Source of the DNA: a virus
Taxonomy: Duplodnaviria > Caudoviricetes
Virus record (IMG/VR): IMGVR_UViG_3300036787_000081
Span: 1 to 24,966 of that record
Strand: one strand, 5' to 3'
Length of the DNA: 24,966 bases
A program made the position numbers and the translations under genes. Positions 8,706 to 15,267 of this stretch are shown here, in pieces; positions within the stretch are counted from its first letter, which is position 1, and each line of letters starts with the position of its first letter. The notes beneath the pieces were generated by a model. It saw nothing but the letters and a program-made list of their open reading frames with translations, did not search any database and was not told where the DNA came from.

Positions 8706-9716
8706 ATGGCACGGAATACTCCATTAGCGATTGTTCGTTCGTATGTAAAGACTGAATCGTTCCAAAATTTGGACGCTTCGTCAACTGCTGATGATCAACG
8801 TTTAAACCAACTGATTCAGAACGTCCAAAGTCAGTTGGCGGGGTCTTTCGATTGGTCGTTTTTGAAGAAACGATGGACGTTTGGTATTGGTGCCGGGGCA
8901 CGTTATGTTCCCTTCCCTTCTGTGGATGATAGCGGTGTCCCCGGCACTCCCAATTTTGACCGTCCAGAAATGTTGCAGATTAAGTATGCGTCAATCTGGC
9001 AACCGATTGTGTATGGAGTTAGTGAAGACCCGGAGTTTAATTATCTTGACTCGGATGAGAATCAAGTATTAGACCCGATTCAACGTTGGCAGTTTTATGA
9101 TGAAGGACAATTAGAGGTGTGGCCATTACCTGCATCGTCACAAACATTAAGATACGTAGGACAGCGACAATTAACTCCTCTTTCTTATACTACATTTTCA
9201 AGCACCGGTAGTTCTTTAGCTGGTTTAACTGCAACGTGGATTACGGTGTCAGTTAATACTCTTGGACATGGTTATTATAATCAAAACAATACTTATCCAT
9301 ACTATCTTTGGTTCATTCCAAGTCAGAATTTGTGGGTAGTAGTACCGTCTAATGACCCCGTTAAGGTTAATAATTCATTTTATTGGTTTTATACCGCCAC
9401 ATCAATTCTTGGTGTATGGACTGCTACTAATACCATATTTTTGCCAGTGCCCACATTTACAATCAATATACCCACGTTTGTGGATTCACAAACTCTTGAC
9501 CTTGATGACTATCTTGTTGCCTATTTTGTCGCCGCGTCATGGCTTGGGGAGGACAATTCAAAATACAAATCTGTCATGGCAAAAGCTCAAGCGCGGTTGG
9601 TGTCTCTTCGAGGCACTAATCTTTCTCGCACTAAAACACTAATCATCGGTCGTGATTTGTTTCCAAATCGTCAACTCTTACGACAAGTTCCTATTGTGCT
9701 TGTTGGAGGAAAATAA
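8706..9716 (+). CDS. Head-tail adaptor / tail tubular protein A-like, with an inserted domain
   Basis: Helical N-terminus, FDWSFLKKR, 'GQLEVWPLP...TLRYVG' and a helical C-terminus, all typical of podovirus adaptors. About 95 extra aromatic-rich residues lie before DSQTLDLDD. Confidence 0.7.
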   Translation: MARNTPLAIVRSYVKTESFQNLDASSTADDQRLNQLIQNVQSQLAGSFDWSFLKKRWTFGIGAGARYVPFPSVDDSGVPGTPNFDRPEMLQIKYASIWQPIVYGVSEDPEFNYLDSDENQVLDPIQRWQFYDEGQLEVWPLPASSQTLRYVGQRQLTPLSYTTFSSTGSSLAGLTATWITVSVNTLGHGYYNQNNTYPYYLWFIPSQNLWVVVPSNDPVKVNNSFYWFYTATSILGVWTATNTIFLPVPTFTINIPTFVDSQTLDLDDYLVAYFVAASWLGEDNSKYKSVMAKAQARLVSLRGTNLSRTKTLIIGRDLFPNRQLLRQVPIVLVGGK

Positions 9717-9721
9717 ACTAT

Positions 9722-10483
9722 ATGATACCAAATACTTACTACAATGTAGCATCAGTTCAAGTGTCGGCTCTACCCATTAAAGTGTGTCAGATTGAAGGTT
9801 ACTTTAAGGGTGGGACTAATGCGTGGTTACAGGTGCATGATTCATGTGTCACTCCGGCAACAGGTGCTGTGCCAATTTATCAACTTCTTTTGAACGCCAC
9901 CGCGCAGTTTCAAGAAACACTTCAGGTGGGGCGGCTGGCTTTTGGTGAGGGAGTGTTTGTAGGAGTAAGTTCCACTGAAGGAACATATACTGCATCAGTT
10001 AGCACAATGGATATAACGGTATTTACGAACAATAAACCATTATCCACTAATGCTGTGGGTGATAAAATTACATCAGTTAATAGTCGTCAAATTTGGAGTG
10101 AAGCAACTGGTGCTGCAAGTGCTAAAAAATTGTATCAGTTAGTAATCACTGAACAGGATGGCTTTAATAGCAATATCCTCATTTATGCTGATGATACTCC
10201 GAGTAACGTCAATCCGGGGTTGGTTATTGCACAATATCCACTATTGGCTTATCAAACAGTAATACTTCTTTTTGGTGACGGATTGAGGCCGTTTGACCAG
10301 TATTTACCTTCTACGTCGGCCGCTACGACTGTGAGACAGGGTTGTAATGTGATAATTGGTTATACCCCTGGAGCAGCTAATTCAAATGGTGTGACCAAAT
10401 ATGGTGCTGTTACATTAGGAGTGCCGGGTGTAGGCATACCGAAGACGGTTACTCATGCAACAATTCTTGCTATTACGAATTAA
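9722..10483 (+). CDS. Putative virion structural protein with two tandem small beta-sandwich domains
   Basis: 253 aa. The pattern K(V/L).Q....AWLQVHD...P..G..P....L....FG.G recurs in diverged form in the second half. Confidence 0.6.
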   Translation: MIPNTYYNVASVQVSALPIKVCQIEGYFKGGTNAWLQVHDSCVTPATGAVPIYQLLLNATAQFQETLQVGRLAFGEGVFVGVSSTEGTYTASVSTMDITVFTNNKPLSTNAVGDKITSVNSRQIWSEATGAASAKKLYQLVITEQDGFNSNILIYADDTPSNVNPGLVIAQYPLLAYQTVILLFGDGLRPFDQYLPSTSAATTVRQGCNVIIGYTPGAANSNGVTKYGAVTLGVPGVGIPKTVTHATILAITN

Positions 10484-10484
10484 T

Positions 10485-12833
10485 ATGAAAAAACTTTTAA
10501 TGTATTTTCTTTTAAGTTCGGTGGCGTTAGCTGATGTGCCTGTTCCGCCTGCGGCTTCACCGAGTGAAGTTATTGCTGGAACGTTAACTTCAAAATACAT
10601 TTCTCCTGCAACAGCCCAGTTTATACCGGGAGTTGGTGGGCCGACGAATGGACAGACCGCTTCTCAAGTGGCCATACAAATCGAGGCATACGCGGCGACC
10701 GGGCAAGTTTATAGTGCGATAACTGCAATTACGGCGACGAATGCTTACTCTGCGCAAGTGGCGGCGGGCTACATTGACCCGCGACTTGGAATCACGAACT
10801 TCACCACGGCGGGCGGGGTGCAAGTCGTGTCGAACACCTTTACTCATTTGCTGGTGGCGAGTTCGGACACAAACGGCGTTCTGACCGTGCCGCAGGTGGT
10901 GGGGAACGTCATCGGCAGCGTGACCACGGCGACCAATGCGCTGGGATTTTCTTCTCTTGGAACGACCAACATTTATGTTTTTGGATCCGGTTCTGCGCAG
11001 AGTGTTTTTCTCGACACGGAGAATGGAAATCGGGAAACCCACATTGTTAATAATTATGGGGATGTGTGGTATGAATATGCGAACGCGGGGCAATTCGTTT
11101 TGGGCATTGATTCCCTTGGAAATAGTTTTGGGAATGCTGGATTTGTATATGGAGTCTATCCCCAATATGGAACCATCTACTCTTTGCCGACCGTTCCGAC
11201 AAACCTAATTTCCTTCAAATACAACCTGTTCAATGATTCGGCTGAAAACATCCTGCGTCTCTACGGTGCGGAGTATTTTCAGTATGGGTTATCTCCTGGA
11301 GACCAGGCTTACCCGTCCGGCTACACCATCTCGTCATATTTTCCATTCAACGGCGGTTCGGCGTCGGCGATGGATGATTTGCCGCCGTCGCCGGTTGCCG
11401 TGGCAAACAATATGCCGATGCCCGTGTTCCGATTTGCCAACTATGCTGGCAACACGCTGCAATTCACAAACTGGGTGCAGGCGCAAATTACAAATACTCT
11501 TCCAAAGATTTCCACCGTCCACAATTTCCTCACAAACAATGGAGTGACCACGGTTTGTTTTATAGACTGCTACTGGGATGCGGCGCATCGGGATTCAGGC
11601 GGCGGGATTGTGTGGGACACCAATCAGTTTCCCAGCGGAATGCCATGGGTTGCCAGTTGGCTTCACACTAACGGCTGGAATCTGGAACTGGGACAATATT
11701 ATCAAGGCGGATATTCAAATCAAGTCAGCATGATAGAAGGCGGCAGCGCCAGTTATGTGATGCTCACAGCTAGCACCATCCAGCGCGATATTGCGCGAAT
11801 TCATTCATGGGGTGTTGACGGTTTCACCGCCGAAGACTCAAGCCTTGCGTCAGGGTATCAGCAGCAGATGATGTTGCAACTGTCCGCAGCCTGCGTTGCG
11901 CCCGGAGGATTTGTCTTTAATGATGTGACGGAACAACCCTATCCGAATCCGATGTCTTCGAGGGTGTTGATTCAAAATCCACCGAACCCAAACTGGGCAG
12001 GCTGGGTGAACGATGTTGCAAATGACGGAATATCTTATCTTCCTCCTTCAGCAGCGCTGAGCAGTCAGTTCCTAATTGATACGTGGAACTTTCGTGTTGA
12101 TTGGACGAATTATGTTCCCGGCACTTCGCGCGGGCATTACGTTGAGGTGGGATCGTTTAACGGCGGCGGCGATGACCCGGTCATCGGTGATGCCCATATT
12201 GTTCTGTCCAGCGCGGCTATGATGTTTGCGTCTCTGGGCTTCTGGGGTGCAACCAACGATTCAATCTCCGCCAGTTTCAGCAACTCGGTTTTGTCGAACA
12301 CAAAATGGATTTCCGTCTGGCACGACCCAATGTTTGCCCATGTGCAAAAGGTCTATGACGGCGGGATTCTCACCACGTCCGTCTGGTCGCGCGCATTGTC
12401 AACCGGCGGCTCGGCGGTGCTGATGGTGAACGAAACCTACACACAGCCGATGAGCGTGCAATTCAGCGCGCTGGGAATGTCACCGGCGCTTACCACATTT
12501 GACGTGTTCGATTGCTGGTCGAATCAGGACTTGGGAAATTTCAATGGCGGGTTCACGAACAGCATTCCGATACAGGATTGCGGACTTTATGTGGTTACGC
12601 CAGTATCTACCGGCGGTGGCGGTGGAAGCTCGGCATTGCCAGCCAGCACGAACTCAATTTGGAATCTCACAAACGCCGCAAACACATTTTCCGGCAACGG
12701 CGGCGGGCTGACGAACATTTACGTTAGCAGTCTTGTCATAAGCACAAACGCAGCTCCCCAGACCAATACCATTGTCGGGTTCTTCTGGCTGACCAACGGC
12801 GTGAATGTCTATAAAATTCCAGTGCTACAATGA
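10485..12833 (+). CDS. Signal-peptide-bearing tail fibre/spike-like protein with a GH27 (alpha-galactosidase/melibiase-like) domain
   Basis: Likely start ATG 10485 (MKKLLMYFLLSSVALA|D). GH27 motifs FIDCYWDAAHRDSGGGIVWDTNQFPSGMPWVASWLHTNG and WGVDG. Melibiase C-terminal domain VWSRALSTGGSAVLMVN...VFDCWSNQDLG. Fibre-like motifs ASPSEVIAGTLTSKYISP and C-terminal NGVNVYKIPV. Confidence 0.8.
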   Translation: MKKLLMYFLLSSVALADVPVPPAASPSEVIAGTLTSKYISPATAQFIPGVGGPTNGQTASQVAIQIEAYAATGQVYSAITAITATNAYSAQVAAGYIDPRLGITNFTTAGGVQVVSNTFTHLLVASSDTNGVLTVPQVVGNVIGSVTTATNALGFSSLGTTNIYVFGSGSAQSVFLDTENGNRETHIVNNYGDVWYEYANAGQFVLGIDSLGNSFGNAGFVYGVYPQYGTIYSLPTVPTNLISFKYNLFNDSAENILRLYGAEYFQYGLSPGDQAYPSGYTISSYFPFNGGSASAMDDLPPSPVAVANNMPMPVFRFANYAGNTLQFTNWVQAQITNTLPKISTVHNFLTNNGVTTVCFIDCYWDAAHRDSGGGIVWDTNQFPSGMPWVASWLHTNGWNLELGQYYQGGYSNQVSMIEGGSASYVMLTASTIQRDIARIHSWGVDGFTAEDSSLASGYQQQMMLQLSAACVAPGGFVFNDVTEQPYPNPMSSRVLIQNPPNPNWAGWVNDVANDGISYLPPSAALSSQFLIDTWNFRVDWTNYVPGTSRGHYVEVGSFNGGGDDPVIGDAHIVLSSAAMMFASLGFWGATNDSISASFSNSVLSNTKWISVWHDPMFAHVQKVYDGGILTTSVWSRALSTGGSAVLMVNETYTQPMSVQFSALGMSPALTTFDVFDCWSNQDLGNFNGGFTNSIPIQDCGLYVVTPVSTGGGGGSSALPASTNSIWNLTNAANTFSGNGGGLTNIYVSSLVISTNAAPQTNTIVGFFWLTNGVNVYKIPVLQ

Positions 12834-13672
12834 AATTCCTGTTGCCATTATTCCTTTGCAGTTCGCTATTCGCCCAGAACATCACCAACCTTTACGTTGG
12901 TCAACAGTTGTCCGTTGGGATGCAGTTGACGACCGTGCCATCGGCGGGGTCGTCCTACACCAATGTCGTGAATGGTATTGTTGGCTGGTGGAAGTTTGAT
13001 GAGGGGACTGGGCTTGTTGCATTGGACTCGTCCGGGAATCTTAACGTTGGAACAATCAATGGAGGTTCAAGTTATGTGACCGGAAAGGTTGGCCCTTACG
13101 CTCTTTCGTTTGATGGGAGTAGTGGGTATGTGGATGTTCCCAATAATTCATCCTATAAACTGAACGGACTTTCATCTATGAGCGTGTCATATTGGTTGAA
13201 ATTGTCAAACTCGAATCCGTCAAATACTGTTTGGGGTCTTATTGGAGATTCAATTGATGGTGACCCAACTACCTACGGTGGGTGGCAAATGTATTTTGAC
13301 AATAGAACATCTGAAACTTGCGGCGGTTCTAATACAAAACGCATTCAAATTGATATTGGTACGGCTGGCGCAGCTAATTATGCATCCAGTTATGTTGATG
13401 GTTCTATCACAAATACAAATTGGCATCATATCGTTGCGACTTATGACGGCACACAAAGTGGAAAAATATACATCGATGGAGTAAACAATGTCACATCTCC
13501 TGGTTCTTGTAAGAACATCATTGGTGCTATCAGAGACTCGACAAATAATTTTGTAATCGGTTCTCTAGAGGGGGGAATTTTACCAGTCAACGGCTCCCTC
13601 GACGACGTCCGCATATACAATAGAGCCTTGTCGGCAGGCGAAGTTCTTGACCTTTACAACTTCACGAAATGA
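12830..13672 (+). CDS. Exported LamG / concanavalin A-like lectin domain protein
   Basis: Signal peptide MKFLLPLFLCSSLFA|Q. Motifs GIVGWWKFDEGTG..ALDSSGN, ALSFDG, WHHIVATYDG...KIYIDG and GSLDDVRIYNRALSAGEV. Confidence 0.9.
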   Translation: MKFLLPLFLCSSLFAQNITNLYVGQQLSVGMQLTTVPSAGSSYTNVVNGIVGWWKFDEGTGLVALDSSGNLNVGTINGGSSYVTGKVGPYALSFDGSSGYVDVPNNSSYKLNGLSSMSVSYWLKLSNSNPSNTVWGLIGDSIDGDPTTYGGWQMYFDNRTSETCGGSNTKRIQIDIGTAGAANYASSYVDGSITNTNWHHIVATYDGTQSGKIYIDGVNNVTSPGSCKNIIGAIRDSTNNFVIGSLEGGILPVNGSLDDVRIYNRALSAGEVLDLYNFTK

Positions 13673-13992
13673 GCCGAATCCTCACCATCCTTCTCCTGCT
13701 CCTGCTGCCCTGCTCACTGAAGGCGCAGTCTGTGACGCTGGGATGGAATCCGTCCGCTTCAACGAACGTGGTGGATTACAAAATCTATTATGGGACAAGC
13801 CATGCCGGCTACAGTTACACCTTTGACGCTGGCAATGCGACGAATTGTGTGGTCAGTAATCTCGTTGTTGGGGTGCATTATTACTTTGTGGCCACGGCAA
13901 TAAATGCGTATGGTGCCGAAAGCCAGTTCTCGAATGAAGCAATTTGGCCGGACATATCCGGCAGTCCCGGAGGAGCGCCGTGGTTCTGGTAA
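13669..13992 (+). CDS. Exported single fibronectin type III domain protein
   Basis: Signal peptide ending SLKA|Q, followed by VTLGWNPS...VVDYKIYYGT...VVSNLVVGVHYYFVATAINAYGAESQFSNE. Confidence 0.88.
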   Translation: MSRILTILLLLLLPCSLKAQSVTLGWNPSASTNVVDYKIYYGTSHAGYSYTFDAGNATNCVVSNLVVGVHYYFVATAINAYGAESQFSNEAIWPDISGSPGGAPWFW

Positions 13993-14000
13993 AACAAAAC

Positions 14001-14303
14001 ATGGACGTGAACAACGAATGGAATAATAATATGACTGACTTAACAAACCTAACCGACCACGCTGCGCAGCAGAACTATCAATGGATGTTCGTTGCGTTGT
14101 TTATTCTCACACTTATTTTTGTCATCGTTATCTGGCGATGGGTAATTGCTGACCGCGAAAAGCTGGCGGCGCGTCTTACGGAAATGACCGACCGGCACAT
14201 AGCTGCGACCGAGAAGATGACCGAGGTGGTTGCCAACAACACCGTTGCCATGAAAGAGGTTCGGGAGGTTATGGCTGTGTATAGAACTGTAACGAAAGGA
14301 TAA
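14001..14303 (+). CDS. Small single-pass membrane protein with coiled coil (holin-like; start 14001 or 14031)
   Basis: TM segment WMFVALFILTLIFVIVIW, then a helical soluble tail (MTEVVANNTVAMKEV). The track start at 13944 overlaps the upstream gene. Confidence 0.6.
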   Translation: MDVNNEWNNNMTDLTNLTDHAAQQNYQWMFVALFILTLIFVIVIWRWVIADREKLAARLTEMTDRHIAATEKMTEVVANNTVAMKEVREVMAVYRTVTKG

Positions 14304-14304
14304 T

Positions 14305-14547
14305 ATGAAAAACCTATTCACATCAATCGGGCTTGACGACGGCGAAGGCAACGTCAGCAGCACGCGGATTATCTTGGTTGCCGTAACCCTGTGCTGGCTC
14401 GCCAGCAAGTTTTACAACGCGCACCTGACACACCAGCCGATCACCTGGGACTCAACTGACATGGGAATCATCGGGTCGTTGGGCGGAGTCGGAATCGTCA
14501 AGACCATCGCAGAAAAACCGGCAGCAGCCCAGGCGCAACCGAAATAA
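14305..14547 (+). CDS. Putative holin (two hydrophobic segments)
   Basis: 80 aa. G.VSSTR motif before TM1, a second Gly-rich hydrophobic helix, charged C-terminus. Confidence 0.55.
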   Translation: MKNLFTSIGLDDGEGNVSSTRIILVAVTLCWLASKFYNAHLTHQPITWDSTDMGIIGSLGGVGIVKTIAEKPAAAQAQPK

Positions 14548-14552
14548 ATACC

Positions 14553-14813
14553 ATGAGCAACCACGCCATCACCATCCTGTGCATCGTTATTCCGATTCTG
14601 TGCGTCATTGCCAGCATTGTATTGTTCTTTTTTGAGCAGGCGGCGCAGAAAAAAGAAATGTATGACCGAAATAAAAGGAACATTATTAATAACCAAACCA
14701 GCAACAATCCAACCGGTTGTGTCCTGCCTCTGGACGAAAAAACTGAAACAGTGTTCGTTACACGTCAGTCGAATGGGCGTGTAATGTTCTCGAATAAGTT
14801 GCCGAATAAATAA
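14553..14813 (+). CDS. Small membrane-anchored hypothetical protein
   Basis: N-terminal TM (AITILCIVIPILCVIASIVLFFF) followed by a basic segment; packed in the operon. Confidence 0.55.
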   Translation: MSNHAITILCIVIPILCVIASIVLFFFEQAAQKKEMYDRNKRNIINNQTSNNPTGCVLPLDEKTETVFVTRQSNGRVMFSNKLPNK

Positions 14814-14857
14814 AATTTCTGGACTGAATCCAGATTAGCAAAACAACAAACATAATT

Positions 14858-15229
14858 ATGAAAAATAAAAACATCATCGTCCTTTGTGCCGCAGTCGGTA
14901 TTGCACTACTTACCAGCAGTTGCACGGTGGATAAACCGCAAGGTAAAATCCTGTCGGTCACGTCGCGTGGCCTTTACATCACGGTAGCGGCCACAGACAG
15001 CACGACCGGCACGCCCAAGGTTACATTGGGATTGGGCAGTCAGACGGTTACGCTCATTCCGACGAGCACGAACGGGCCGACTTACTCCGCCGCGTTTGCA
15101 GATAGCTCGTTCATTAACCAGACGGTGAATCCGTTCAGCACCAGTGGCAGTGAGACGCTGGCGAGCGGGGTGTATCAGGTCAACCAGACGAACAATTCCA
15201 CGGCCACGCAGCCGGTTGTGCCAAAGTAA
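14858..15229 (+). CDS. Lipoprotein
   Basis: MKNKNIIVLCAAVGIALLTSS|C has a basic n-region, an h-region and a lipobox-like Cys. The mature part is Thr/Ser-rich and beta-like. Confidence 0.75.
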   Translation: MKNKNIIVLCAAVGIALLTSSCTVDKPQGKILSVTSRGLYITVAATDSTTGTPKVTLGLGSQTVTLIPTSTNGPTYSAAFADSSFINQTVNPFSTSGSETLASGVYQVNQTNNSTATQPVVPK

Positions 15230-15240
15230 TCCCATAAATA

Positions 15241-15267
15241 AGTCCATATTAATAATCAATATAGACT
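15241..15267. promoter_or_regulatory. 27-bp pseudo-palindromic motif, copy 4 (abuts ATG 15268)
   Basis: AGTCCATATT-AATAATC-AATATAGACT, immediately followed by ATG. Confidence 0.8.

Noticed and set aside
10465-10491. Possible degenerate sixth motif copy over the 10485 start (TCTTGCTATT ACGAATT AATATGAAAA)
   Set aside because: Only the inner TATT/AATA and part of one arm match; not distinguishable from chance without a PWM.
10485-13672. Diversity-generating retroelement acting on the fibre or lectin genes
   Set aside because: No reverse transcriptase and no template/variable repeat pair differing at adenines was seen in the window.
14818-14834. Small hairpin TCTGGA-CTGAA-TCCAGA before the lipoprotein gene
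   Set aside because: Only a 6-bp stem with no U-tract; too weak to call a terminator.
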